Shown here in pieces: positions 49,901-63,639 of a stretch of 64,000 nucleotides of DNA. The stretch's first letter is position 1, and each line of letters opens with the position of its first letter. The notes under the pieces were generated by a model. It saw only the letters and a program-made list of their open reading frames with translations. It had not been told where the DNA came from and did no database searches. The stretch lies in assembly GCA_043228905.1 (NCBI GenBank), contig JBHGNT010000018.1, positions 4,774,001 to 4,838,000 of the forward strand, given 5' to 3'. The stretch is from Azolla caroliniana. Taxonomy: Eukaryota > Plantae > Polypodiophyta. Both the position numbers and the translations under genes were made by a program.

Positions 49901-52551
49901 AGAAACTTGAGGGTGTCACAGCAAATGTCGAACGATATAGTCGGATTAAGGAGTGTTGCTTTGATAACACCTTCCAGGTATTCATTAGGTGATGGTAATG
50001 TGAAAGTATGCAAATGTAGACGTCGGGCAGCTGAGGCAGGAAGAAGCCTTCTCATGGCATCCACAGATGTTGCCATTCCCAATATGAGTACAAGTGGCAG
50101 TTGAGCTAACCATTCACTGAAATCAGAACTAATTCTGTGTTATGATTGGACACATCAATTGTAAACGTAAGTAAATTTTGGCCTCCTGGATCATTTTGGC
50201 CTTTTATAGACGTTAATACAACTTTCTTTCTTTCTTTCTATTAGAAATTATAAAGCACATAATGGTCATAGAGAAGGGCACCTAAGAGTAATGATAAAGT
50301 CTGCCAACACCTCTGCATTGCATAACTCTGCATCTTCTATTATGATCACAATTGGAAGCTTTGCATTTTCTGGTTCTCTATGCCAGGAAGCCAAAACATC
50401 CATGTCTGCTGTCTGCACGACGATGCATTCTATTTATTTACAGAAACTTTTAAGGCATATGAAAAAAAAATTATATAAGCTAATCCACAGGAAAATTTTA
50501 CATAAGCTAAACCATGACATACATCAGGATTAATCTTCACAATCTGTTTCAGCATGCTATATAGGGCAGAACCCATTCCACCTTTGCCTGAGAAGTTCTG
50601 TGGTAATAAATTTGCTACGTGGCAATTGTTATTCTGTAAGTAGCTATTTAGTTCAATGAAGGTGGTAGTGTGATCAGAGGAATCAACATTGCCTGAACAA
50701 ATAAGCATATGAGTTTCTTATAAGTTTACTTGCACTCCAAACAATGCTCAGAACAATTAAAATCTGGGAACAAACAGAAATGTTGTGTAACAAGAAGAAG
50801 AAGCAGAAACGATGTATTATAAGATCATACAATCTGTATTGCACAAGAGAAAGCAGAGAAGAGCAACAGAAACATTGCATTCATTATAAGAAGAAAAAAA
50901 CAAAAACAAATAGCACAAACTTCGTTCTATATGATCATATGATCTTGCTTTCACTCAAATCAAGCAATACAAAAAAAAGCAGAAACGTGTTCCAAATTCA
51001 TGTAATCTTATTCGCACTCAAACAAGTTCAGAAAAATAAAACAGAAATAAATAATTGAAAAGTTCAATTGCATGATCATACGAAAAATAAAACAGAAATA
51101 AATAGTTGAAAAGTTCAATTGCATGATCATATATACGTACGCAAATAAAGTAATGCAGCATTCAGCTGTTTGCTGACTCTCGCACTGGAGGATGACATTG
51201 GAGATAAATAGAGCTGAAGTTGGGCATCGCAAAAGATCGAATTGTGAACATACTTATAAATTTCCTTGAAAACTTTCATGTTCCGAGATTTAAAGACATC
51301 CTGTGGCATCAGTCAACACAAACTACTAAATAACATTCCAATGCAAACTTACAAATTTTCTTGAAATCTTCATGTTGCAAGATTAAAAGACGCCCTATAG
51401 CACCAGGAAAACAGCTAAATAAGCTTTGAATCATTGTTTAATGGAGAAAACGTATGAAATGCCTTTGAAAACTTTTGAATTACGAGCTTCAAATACATAA
51501 ATAGCACCACAAAAATAACGAATGATCTTTAAAAACCTTAATTTCTGTGCAAACTTAAGAATCTTCTTGAACTTTGACATGACCTTCCTTTGAAAACAAC
51601 GAACTTGAAAGACATCTCACAGCATTAGAACAGCAGCTAGATAACCTTTGAGATATTGAATTGTGTACAAGATTCTGGGTCTCCTTCAAAACTTTTGAGG
51701 TTCTGACCTTAAAAAAGACATACATGAAATAGCTATACAGCCTTCAAAAGATTGAATCACTTATAAGTTCCCTTGACATTATGTGATATTACAAGCTTTA
51801 AATTGCATTTTTTATCATCTAATTAGCCTTCAAAAGATTGAATCATTCATGAAATTCATCGAGAAGTTGATGTTATGAACTTCAACGACATCCTTCACTA
51901 TAAGAAAACCACCTACAAAAGGCTTCAACGGTTGAATCGTTTACAAAATTAGGAATTTCCCAGACCTTTTGATGCTATGCATCAGAAAAGAACAGCTAAT
52001 GGTAGCCATGTTCGAATAATCGTAAGGACTCACTTCATTAGAGGTTAATGTAAGTCATCCTAACCTTCACACTTTCCTCAATCTTCTCCCATGTAGATCG
52101 AAACGCTTCAGCGCGCCATAGTCCACATTCCGGCGGTTCGTCTGCTACGCAAGGAGGGAGAGGCACCAAGAACTCATGCTTGCTTCCTCGTTTCCGCTTA
52201 TTACCGGCATGGCTCGTCTTCGTAGGCGTATTCTCTGCTCCTTTCAAAACTTTGGAGGAACCAGAATGGAGGATAAAACATACCTATTAGGCAGAGACCA
52301 AAGAAGAAGAGGAAGATAGTGATGAAAATGGTGATGATTCTAAAGATTCTTTGAGAATCGAGAAGAAAGAAGGATGAAGGATGAAGAGAAAACAAAAAAG
52401 AAGAGAAGGCGAGGAGAGATAGAGGTACCTGTGATGGGGCATCTTCGAGAGCAGTCCCTCCTCCTCCTCCTTCTTCATCTTCTTCTTCTACTTCTTCTTC
52501 GTCTTCTCCTTCTTCTTCGCAGCGATCGGCCATGGGAGCTGCAGAAGGCAT
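43945..52551 (-). CDS. ORC3: Origin recognition complex subunit 3 (~844 aa, 16 exons: 52551-52429, 52283-52065, 51300-51141, 50692-50523, 50412-50282, 50116-49843, 49740-49511, 48211-48064, 47505-47327, 47253-47184, 46232-45955, 45848-45762, 45125-45050, 44694-44567, 44363-44199, 44041-43945)
   Basis: All junctions are in phase (2535 nt total). Motifs: FRSTWEKIE, NVDSSDH, PIVIIIEDAE..VLADFIITLSEW..LPLVLILGMATS, ALKMACMEHFWSQPLSFL, LPFHEIICF, QCNCC, AQTHGDQVNL..YQSF and the C-terminal QARFCKAASELQMVGLLHMPSKKRPDFVQ. Confidence 0.93.
48429..48899. repeat. Intronic tandem repeat, 4 x 117 bp
   Basis: Units start at 48429, 48546, 48663 and 48780 (atatcaaaactaag...gatactaat). Confidence 0.95.
51032..51132. 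repeat. Intronic ~50-bp tandem duplication
   Basis: aaaataaaacagaaataaata.ttgaaaagttcaattgcatgatcata occurs twice. Confidence 0.85.
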
Positions 52552-52839
52552 TTTTCCTGACAATCGATCGATCGATCAAATCGCGCGGGAAATGTAGAGA
52601 GAGAGAGAGAGAACGTTTTGTAAGCCCAAATTTTGGCTCAAACAAAATAATAATAAAATCGAAAATAAAAATATTTTTAAAACTTCTTTTTTTTTTCCAA
52701 AAAAAAATCTACTGTTCTCGTATGATATTGTGAAATGCTCTCAAGAATAGCCTCCATTTCATTATGTCTCAAGTTACATTTTATAGACTCTCTCTTAGCG
52801 TGGAGGGTGTTCTCCCGCTCCAATTAGCTCTACTAATTA

Positions 52840-52962
52840 TGGGGCTTGGTGGGGGCCTAGTTTGGGTGTGGTGCATGAGGCTTGGTAGGGGCCTAATTTG
52901 GGTGTGGTCTATGTGTGGTGCATGGGGCTTGGTAGGGGCCTAATCTAGGTGTGGTCCATGTG
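52840..52962. repeat. Short G-rich repeats (ggggcttggtaggggcctaatttgggtgtgg, ~3 copies) upstream of ORC3
   Basis: Direct reading. Confidence 0.7.
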
Positions 52963-53049
52963 ACCACCACAATACATACAATAAATCTGATGGTGCAATG
53001 CATGTATTATATTTTATAAAGGGAATGCATGGATGGATGGCTATGGGCT

Positions 53050-53540
53050 ACGACTAGTTCCATTTCCATCCAAGTCTCTCGAAAAGGAGTGGGGAAGTCA
53101 AAGGGTTTCGATGTGGGTGTAGGTTGTAGCCCAACATATTCTATAAAAGAAAATGGCTATATGCGCTTGAACTAGTTCCATTTCTAGCTAAGTTCTCTCG
53201 AAAAAAAACAAATTTTATTTTATTTTATTTGGCGGGGGGGGGGGGGGGGGGGGGGGTCAAAGGGTTTCGATGTTGGGTGTGGCCCGTGGTCCCGATGTAA
53301 AAGGTAGGTACCCCGACCATAGCTTCTAGACAGTGTAACTCACGTTCCCTTATCTTCTCAATTGCTTCTACACAACGAGTGGCTTCGAAGTCCGACATCT
53401 TATGGGTGTTTGGTTGTGTCTTTGGTTTTCTGCTCCAGCGAGGGACAGAAAGAGTGGTGTAGGTGTGTCCACACTCATCATCCCCTCCTGTCCCTGCAAA
53501 CATTTCATTGGTTAAATGTTGTGAATATTAACAAAGTTTT
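53050..53540 (-). mobile_element. Dispersed repeat, same family as 38110-38620, with a partially duplicated head and a poly-G run
   Basis: ctagttccattt..ctctcgaaaa..gggtttcgatg..gtggcc..cacaac..ttggttgt..catcatcccc is shared with 38280-38600. Confidence 0.7.
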
Positions 53541-53699
53541 GGTTAACATTTTGTAGCTTATTCTCTCTATGTTGTTTTAGCTCTACGATATACATCTACT
53601 TAGTGTCTTTATTATATCTAGGGTATTAAATAGTTTGGAGAGGGAGGTAGAGGGTCCTAATATGTTGACGTAAGTTGGACACTTGCATGAAAAGTGATA

Positions 53700-56600
53700 C
53701 TCATCCTCTTATCTCTATGTGACATAATCTACGTATCTTCTCCATGAACTCATCCTCGATCTCAAGTTGGTGAGATGATACTCTAAGTTGTCCAATGGCA
53801 ACCCTTAGTGCATTTCGTAAGAACGCATCTCAATATTTTGATTGTATAATAAAACCTAACTTAGAAAAGACCATGAAGTGTTATTTATGGTACAACAGTT
53901 TATATTAGAGTAGCTCTGGTGGGTTGATACATTTATGTTGAGTGTAAATTTACCATATTTCTTAGCATATTACTTTATTACGATCCTCATGAGAGATAAT
54001 ACTTTTGTTGCCTCTTAAGGAGCCCCTGTCTGGTAATATGTTGCCTCCTCACATTAGTGAGTCAATTCGTTCTTGTACATGACAGAGGTTGTGTGTGTGT
54101 AATAGCTATTAGTTGCCCAAGATAGCTTGCGACCAAATGATCTCTCTAAAATGTTGATGTCATACTCTTCAATAGGGTGATGGTGCTCCCTTCTTTGGAA
54201 AGAGCTAACTACGTAATCCTTAATAGTGTTTTCAAGCGCTCCCAACCAACAACACGATGTTGCAACAAAATACCCTTCATTTATTCTTGCTTTCGCAACA
54301 TCGCGATGCAAGGTTTGTATTCAATACCGAGTTTTGTTCTAGTTTCACGTAATACCTCAACACCTCCAACACCACTTATATTTGCGATATATGAATCGGT
54401 TTTGTTTTCACACTATAAATCAAATCATTTTTTTATAATGGCCTATTCATTATGATCATTAAGTGACTCCCTGCAAAATAGTGTAGACAAAGTAAGTTGA
54501 TTTATTATTGCTTATGTATCACCTCTTGAAGCGTTAGACAAGTATATTGGCGTGTTTACTAAATGCTTACCTCCAACCTTAGCCTCGTGAAATGTGTAAC
54601 ATGCAAAGTATATATCGCCTCTAGTAAATCCACAAGTAATCCCAATTATTGTCTGATGTGTGATGGAAGTGATAAATGCACAAGTAATCCGAGTTATTGT
54701 TGGACGTGTGATGGAAGTGAGGGAAGCCGAAACATCGCTTACACATAACCTTCGACCATGCTTTATTTGTCCACCTAGTTCGATCCTATGACCCTCCATG
54801 TGTTGATGTATGTGTGACTTACATGTGCTCATAATAATAAACTAACCTCTAATACCCTTTAAGATCGATCTCTTGCCAAGATATCATAGAGTTGTTTGAG
54901 AGAAGGGATGTGAACATTCTTTTGCCATTATGCATGCATGGCAATGACCTTTGGTTTCACTATTGCTCTTAACCACGTCTATGAGGTATATTATTAGTGC
55001 ACTTAATTTGTCATTTTAAGAAATAATATGTGTTTCTATCTCCAATTATATACCCCGAGATAGTAAAATACTCAAGTAGTTAAACCATCCCGAAAAGTTA
55101 TTTATTTTCTACGGGCTTATGCATTGTATGTTAAAGGCACGAGTATGTTTTTCTTTGCCAGTATGATGCTCTCCTTTGGTACCAAAAGGGATGTGATTAC
55201 TATAAAGCCATTCCTATTGCTTTTGCCTCAAAATTCGAATGAGTTTTAAGTCTTCTTTGGATCATCCAACAATCATTGCAAGTTTGTTAGGGATTATTGG
55301 AAGACAAGCAATCCCGTGATTACCCATTCAAGGAAGAGATGCAATTCATTTTCTTGTGGGGGTCTAGAACAATAGAGTTTTGAGATGGTCTAGGCAACTA
55401 TCTCTATAAGACATATGGATCCAAATAGATAAATTGTTTTTTAAACTTATGCTATTCCACGTAATATGGGTCATGTGAATCTAATATGGGAAACATGTAC
55501 CACGTTTAAGGGTAAAAATTGGACAAAGACCATAGACAGGAGTCATGAATATGCATATGCACCCAAAGTCTTCTGTTTTTGTGCATTCTTTTGAGTAATG
55601 AGATCATTACTTATATGACATGTTGACATTTGAAGCTTACTCATTGTAAGAGTAACAAATTGTATCAATAGAAAGGACCTCAAAGGAAGGTGTGTTGAAC
55701 TCGTTTCCATTCATGACTTATGCCTTGATATGGTGACGTTGATTGAATAAAGTCGATCCCATTAATAGTCATTCAATCAACGTAATAGATAACCATTTCA
55801 TGCATCTATTTTACCTACAACAACTCGTAGATTTGCTTGGCATTGCATAATATTTGAAATTCTCCTTACATGTAGATTTGCACCTCCCAATTCGACTCTT
55901 TGTCTTAAATTTAACTTGCATTGTTGGATAAGTGATCTTGGACATTATTTGACTTCATTTATATGAACACTAGCCCTTATAAATTACTTCCTTACTTTGA
56001 ACATAGAGAAAAGTATTCCTTCGCTACTTGAAAACAATTTGCAACTATCTAAAAGTATCATTGACCACATCTACAAAGTCATAGTTGATGATGATGTTCA
56101 CCTTGTAAACTCAAACACGATGCATGGCACTATCACACATCTCCATTCATAAATGAATTGGACGGTGGCACATATGTTGGATTCACATTTCTTGCACAAT
56201 AAAGTTCATATAATTTCTTGCACAACAATGTTAGTAAGGATCCACAAATATTATCCTCAAATTCTCTTACATATGCAATCCTGGATTTGGGTGATATTTC
56301 CCAATGCTCACCAAGATTCATTACATAGGTCATACGTGTTGTAGACTTGCATGGAAATGAATCCATCACATTGTTTGAGGCAAATCTTTAACCATTTATA
56401 AGGAATCAAATGTTATGTCATAAAAGATTCCCATATTTGTTTTAAAGGACAAACGAACATTTGATAAGGATGGTGGGGGAGGATGATTATATAATGGATG
56501 GTTAGGATGTTAGTTAGTGTCTTGTCGTAGAGACCCAATATACGGAGTCCTCATAGTCATGCCTCTTAGCACTGATCGATTTATATCAGTCACAACATTA

Positions 56601-56990
56601 CTCGAACACAACCAAACATTGAATTACCGAAGTGCGCCACCCCATGAAACCGAGCTTCTTCCCATAAGATAACCACCAATTACAAGGAAGTGGACAACTC
56701 TTTGTGGTACAAAAGTGTTGTTGAAATGGGAGTAGATGTCATGACCAACCCACACTAATGCAATGTCATGAAGGATTACAACACATTCAACACCTTCTCA
56801 TAAGGAATCAATTTCTTCCATTCCTTCCGCTGTATGGTATCACGTCCACGGAAGATGCAACGCCTACGTATAAATTTGTGCCGCGCCATTACAAAGTTTG
56901 CACCATTATCGGGGTTCAAGACGGAACATGCTTGATTTGTCAACATGATTATTCTCTATATGTATTTGATACATGATGCCATAAAGAGAG
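53700..56990 (-). mobile_element. Possible degenerate MULE-like DNA transposon coding remnant
   Basis: Stop-riddled region with Cys/His scraps (GSL..L.C...N near 56170-56245; QGEHHH near 56090-56105) resembling non-seed-plant Mutator-like transposases. No TIRs found. Confidence 0.3.
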
Positions 56991-56992
56991 TG

Positions 56993-58070
56993 ACAAGAGG
57001 ATGTGTATGAAGAGGATATGCATGGTGAATGTGTGTCTTGAGAAGCTATGGTGAATACTATGAATGTGTGTGAAGAGGAGGATATGCACGGTGAATGTGT
57101 ATTGAGAAGCTATGGTGAATACTATGAATGTGTGTGAAGAGGAGGATATGCACGGTGAATGTGTATTGAGAAGCTATGGTGAATGCTATGAATGTGTGTG
57201 CCGAAGAAGTTATGTATGGTGAATGTGTGTGAAGAGGAGGATATGTATGGTGAATGTGTCTTGAGAAGCTATGGTGAATGCTATGAATGTGTGTGAAGAA
57301 GTTATGCATGGTGAATGTGTGTGAAGAGGAGGATATGTATGGTGAATGTGTCTTGAGAAGCTATGGTGAATGCTGTGAATGTGCGTGAAGAAGAGGATAT
57401 GTATGGTGAATGCATGTGAAGAGGAGGATATGTATGGTGAATGTGGCTTGAGAAGCTATGGTGAATGCTATGAAAGTGTGCGAAGAAGTTATGTTTGGTG
57501 TAAATGTGGGTGGAGTAGCCATGGTGAGTGTGCATGAATTGAATGCTGCGACAAATGTGTCTGAAGAAGCTATGTATAATGAATGTGTGTGGAGAAGCTA
57601 TGGTGAATGCGCATGAATTGAATGCTAGGCATGTGTGTGAAGAAGCTATGGATGGTGAATGTATGTGAAGAAGCTACGTATAGTGAATGTGTGTGGAGAA
57701 GCTATGGTGAATGCGCATGAATTGAATGCTAGGCATGTGTGTGAAGAAGCTATGGATGGTAAATGTATGTGAAGAAAGCTATGGATGTGAAGAAGCTATG
57801 TATAGTGAATGTGTGTGGAGAAGCTATGGTGAATGCGCATGAATTGAAGGCTATGCATGTGTGTGAAGAAGCCATGGATGGTAAATGTATGTGAAGAAGC
57901 TATGTATAGTGAATGTGTGTGGAGAAGCTATGGTGAATGCGCATGAATTGAATGCTAGGAATGTGTGTGAAGAAGCTATGGATGGTAAATGTATGTGAAG
58001 AAAGCTATGGATGTGAAGAAGCTATGTATAGTGAATGTGTGTGGAGAAGCTATGGTGAATGTACATGAGT
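56993..58070. repeat. Complex minisatellite built from gaag(ag)ctatg(tat)ggtgaatgtgtgt-type subunits, with higher-order units
   Basis: Direct reading; two sub-arrays (~56993-57500 and ~57530-58070) have different higher-order units. Confidence 0.95.
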
Positions 58071-58347
58071 GCCAGGCTATGCTTTATATACATGAGGCAT
58101 CAGTGCTCGTCTATGCAGAATGGTGATGAGAAAAACATGGCTAAAACCCTAAATCTTTAACCTGGTATGTTATGAACGTCATGAGTAGAACAAGGGAAAA
58201 AAATGGGTGATGGACAGCAGGATCTCAACCAAGAAGAAGGAGAAGAAGAAGAAGAAGAGGAAGAAAAGAAATCAGAAGAAGGTTTTGTACAGAATATTTA
58301 GCATGGCTACTCTGATGATGTTGCATCGGGCAGCCTCGCTCCCCTAG

Positions 58348-61111
58348 TCACGTCTCCCCTAACCATGTCTCCCCATTGATGTATCTGAGCTGAAGGAAAG
58401 GCTGAGCTTCTTCATCACTCAGTTGATGTGACCATGGAACCCTTCTGCTTGCCTCTGCCCCCGCCCCAAAACACTTGTATTCACCATAGTAAGCAGTGCT
58501 GCAACACACATCAAACCAAGCTTCTGTTGTATGTATGAACTAGCAAACCCTAATTGCAAATTTTGGGTTGTTGAAATCGCCAAACCACAACTCTAAATGC
58601 AACATGGATTTGTTGAAATCTATGTGGATATATATTTTCTAACTTCTCAGCATTTTTGTGTGTGTCAGATTGAATGGGCAGTATCATCACACAGTTTGTG
58701 AATATATCAACCAAGCTTTCAAAAAGGTATGGAATCAAAACCCTAACCATAAATATAACAAGTCATTTAAAAATATGTGAGGTATGCTTTCTGTGGATCT
58801 TTGTATGTTTGCACAGAGTATCGCACAAAATTGTGCGATACTCTGCGCAAACATACTAAGATTGTGATGTTAAATCCCAAAGTATGTGTGGGTTGGATAA
58901 GGTATTTCATGATGATAGCCTTGTGATGTTGATTATAGATGGGCTAATACGGATAGCAGCTGAGCACATTCATAATATTCAAGGGAAGTTAAGGATGATT
59001 CTCTATTAACAAGAGATTGTGATTCGGCACCAGGTGTGTGAATGCCCTCTTAGTTGAAGTGAGGGAGGTCGGGGGGAAGCATCCCATTAACAAGAGATGA
59101 GACCTTAGGATCCCATTAACAAGCACCCTTGGTTGAATGAATAGCAGTTATCTCTATATATAACCGAAAGGAAATTTTAAAATTTTAAAATGTACCTCTG
59201 CCTTGAGGGTATCTCGAAATCACAGACCATCCTTCCAGGAGCGATTACAGAGCTCATGTATGTGTATATGACCATCCTTGGTTTTGGGGTCCCATTCATA
59301 ATAGATCAAATCTCTGGTTTGTGGATGTGAACTTAGCTGATGGAAAGTTAAAGGAGGGAGGTATTGTATAGGACCCTAAATAGCTTTCTTCCTTGATTCA
59401 TGAGTCATACATATAGTATGACTAGGTCTAGAAGATCAAGCAAACCGAAAAGAAATTTGAAAATTTTGAAATGTACCTCTGCCTCGAGGGTATCTCGAAA
59501 TCGGACCATCCTTCAGGAGTGATCACAGAGCTCATGTATGTGTACATGAAAACTACACGTGAATATGTGCCCCACGCTCGTCCCAAGTACACGTCACCTG
59601 ACCCTGTGATGTTGCATTCAATGAACACAAAGCCACTTGCATCGATTGGGTTGTCTCGGTTTTGTGCCGTGATGGAGCCCGAGAGGTAGCCGGGTTGTGC
59701 CTTCACATGGAGCTCACAACTCTACACACCTCACATGGATTACATTAAAGTCTCGCACTCATATACAAGCCTCAACTCGCATGTTTGTGCATGTTATGTA
59801 TGTTAAGGCTTACCTTGTAAGTAGATTGACCATGACCGAATATGAAATCAATGGAGCCCTCAATGTAACAACCCTTGAAATAATGCCTGCCTTGGTAATC
59901 GAAAAGGGTGTCTTGTGCTCCATAGAATCCACAATCATAAAAGGCCATCATGTCCCCTGCAAGAAGAACAGCAACTGCTTGGCCACCTGAAGCCCCGGGT
60001 GGTGGGGCTGATGCTCCATTCTACTAAACAAAAAACATCTCAATTACATGATCATTCTGATTTCGATGAGCATATTCACACATGGGTACCGCTACATTTA
60101 TCAGTTAGAAAAGTATATATATGTATATATATGTAATAATGTATGTATGTATGTGTCTTGAGTGAGTGTGTGGGTATTGCATACCTGGAATCCAATTCCT
60201 CTAGCAACAAAGTTGTTTGCATTAGCTGAGAAAGTGGCACTATCTGCTGTCCCATAGCTGATGGCCCTTGCATTCCAGCTTATGATTGTAGACATTCTGC
60301 CTGCTCCTTGTAAGATGATGTTTGGCTTTGTATATGGGATAGTGACTTTTTCACTACATATTCCAATAGATGAGATTTCATCTTAGAGTTACTCATTGTA
60401 GATTCAACGATAGGTTTATGGTTTGAAAGACATAGTTCATCATGTATGACATGGTCATGCCTCATCATTTCTCACACATACAACGAAACATTACACATAC
60501 AATGAAAATCAGAGGATCTGGAGTTCATCCAAACATGATCAGAGTTCTAGAATTCATGTTAACCTGTTCATGGCTCAGCATGGTAACACATGCATTCATC
60601 ATCATGGTAACATTGCATATAAATATATTGATATTCAGACGATATAGAGTTTGTGCTAACATGAACATGGTCCATCATGTTAACATCACATATACAATGA
60701 AAATTGGAGTATCTAGAATTCATGCTAACATTCTCATTTTTCATCATGCTAACACACACACACACACACACACACGTTTCATCACACGTTTCATCATGGT
60801 AACATTACATATACAATAAAAACTGGAGGATCTTACAAGTACACTGCAGCATTGATCTTAATGTACACCCATTGCATGTTGTTTTTAGGTACAGAATCAA
60901 TTGCGGCTTGCACGCTCGTATATTGGCCTCTGCCATACTTGTCCACAATGATGTATTTGGAGATGTTCGGTGGTTGATTGTAAGACGATATTGCAGCATT
61001 GCATCCATCCTCAGCAACAACTGATTTAGATGTTATAGTTTGAGTATGCCCCACACCGAGCATTGATAGCATGGCCCAATGAATAATGACATGGTATCGA
61101 TGAACTTTCAT
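58348..61111 (-). CDS. Pectin methylesterase (no PMEI pro-domain, ~348 aa); exons 61111-60837, 60353-60185, 60020-59814, 59721-59477, 58498-58348
   Basis: Signal-like N-terminus; [67 protein letters not shown] and INGETWL; in-phase GT-AG junctions (1047 nt). Confidence 0.95.
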
Positions 61112-62879
61112 GATTGGTGAGTGTTGAGTGAAATTTGCGCACTATAAGTAGAGGGTTTCTAAGTTTATGTGGTATTCACTTTCAAATTGGCCACTAACAT
61201 ATAACAATTTTATGCACTAGGTCTGTTCAATCATAAACAAGAGCACATTCGATCTCTGATTGAATTCGATTGTTCAAATCGTCTATTTGATCCGACAATT
61301 ATTGATGGATGAATTGTCCTTAGTGCCACATCTAACGTGCAATATGTGTTAAGTAAGATATTAAAAAATGGCAGCTGAAAAAGACACATCAGCCTTTCCC
61401 ACTACTTCATGTATGAATTCAGCTGATTCTGATGCCTTACTTCAATTCACCGTCATCATTGTCAGAAAGTTTGCTTTTGTTCATTGGTATGAATGAGAGA
61501 AGATCTCAATTTATCTAATAATAGTTTCCTTTTCTCTTCATATATGTCCGTATAGGAATCTAAAGTTTTTTGAGGAAGGCATAAATGTGACTTTCACATG
61601 ATATTCGTTAATGACATTATTCCTCGTACTCATTTGATCTCTTTTTGATTTGATAGTGCATTTGCACATATGAGCAAAGCACCACCACATAAACACATAC
61701 ACAAGGCCATGTTCTAAAAGGAGTCGTAGTATGTACATTGATGTTGATTATTAGCCTTTTTAAGCCTTGCATTATGGGCAAAGTGCTAGACTATAATTTT
61801 CTCATGTCATACAAAACCTATACGCTAGCATGTTAAAACCTTGTTTTTACATGTTAAGTTACATGCTATGATATTCTAGCTAAAACAATCAATGGAGTTA
61901 AGCCAACCTTTTTTTGTTCTTTTCCTAGAAGAGTGATAATACCTATTTGTCGATGGTATCATGTAACTCATTGTGATAGTGGAGTAAGAAGTGATGGCCC
62001 TACTACAATGCAATATTATTACTCACAACATTGTGACATGATGCTTACACCCACTTTGTTTGTTCTCATCCTTGTGGCATTTCCTAGTGGAACCAATATT
62101 TTTTTATTCTGAGCAGAAATGCCAATGTGAAGAAAATGACATTGGCATTGCATTGTAGAATTATGTTTAAAATTTCCATTTTTAAGTTGTAGAAGTTAAT
62201 ATGTTAAAATAATATTGTGCTTTATATGCACTTTGGAGTAACTTATGTTAGGGAAAAGCTACTTTCAAGACACTTTGATTGCAACACAAGCTAGGGAGAA
62301 TGTCACAATCATTCATTGTTTCGTATACAAGGTAGCTAAAAAAATATATGATCCACTCGATCAATATCCTATTTGTACCTTTGATAGTATAAACATGTTG
62401 AATTGATTATTCATCCTTCATTGCTTATCAAATTGAGTCATAAGGTCATGTCCTAAATCAATTATGAGTTACATAAAACAATTAGTTTGTGGCATGTCGC
62501 TAATAGTTAGAAGTCATCACATCATGTACTAGTAGCTCTATGTATTTTCATTAAGAAAAACAAACTCTTTATAGAGTCCAATTTTGAATAATTATATCAT
62601 TTCTAATGGTACAAAGTACTAAACCAAACTTGTTGTGTTTTGTTCTAGAAGTCCCTTTCCACGAGTTTGTTATAAAGGTGAGAGTTTTGTCAATGCCAAA
62701 TAACTTTATTCATAGACACACCACAAAGAAAATCTTAGCCCTCTTAAGACTTATTCATATCCTTCCCAAAAACCCATTGTGTTTAAACTTTACCTATTTG
62801 TACATGTTTGAAAAGAGGCTTCCTATGTGTAATGTTAATGTATTAGGTTAGGGTAATCAACATTTGAAAATTTTATGGA

Positions 62880-63600
62880 GTGTTCTTTGATTTCTTGTGA
62901 CTACTTTCTAGAATTGCTTGGGAAGCAAGCAAAAGATACAAAAGGTGCATAAAAGTAAAATTTTGTGTTCAGGTTGGATACAAGATATGGAAAAATAGTT
63001 TGGTAGACGGGATACAATACACTTGCTTCATGATGCATCACTAGATTCCTTTGTAAACGAGGTCTTTTTGTAATGCCAATGTATCATAACATGAGACAAA
63101 TGTGGAGGTTCGCGCTTCACCCATTATACTACACAGATTGCTCCTAACTACAAAACCATATTCTTCGCAAAATGGGGAAATTGCACACATCGATACATGT
63201 TAGAGCCTATCCTATTGTCTGCTATTCAGACCATTGCTTCCATGTGACTTAGCTCACATACATTGTGATGTGAGACGGGGCTTTGGGGCACAAGTGATGA
63301 GAGTGGTCAACTATGCATACTTTGCCCTAAACAAATTCAAGAGTCCATGTATCATACATTGATACAACACTCTGCCTTTGATCATATTCGACCATGCTTT
63401 CCACACATCTTCAACCAAACCCAATCTTTGCACAATTCTTCTCTTGACCATAATCTACACTCTCGATTACAACATTCATTGGTAAAGTTCTTGAACATCA
63501 AGAGTCGTTACTCACTTTCAAATCTACTATGTGAAATGTAATATTTTTGATCTCATAGATCACATTTGACCTCCAACGACGATAATAGAATCTCTCTCTT
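62880..63600 (+). mobile_element. RTE-like LINE 3' fragment (same family as 15630-17645)
   Basis: Colinear similarity to 16950-17640, including the 3' end tctcatag.tca.a.ttgacctcc..cgataat. Confidence 0.9.
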
Positions 63601-63639
63601 TCTCTTTCTCTCTCTCTCTCTTATATATATATATATATG

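Noticed and set aside
57058-57535. His-rich ORFs on the minus strand
   Set aside because: Translations of the minisatellite; short and interrupted by stops.
1-61111. Biosynthetic gene cluster (P450 + oxidoreductase + esterase)
   Set aside because: No scaffold-forming enzyme, and the genes are interleaved with unrelated housekeeping genes.
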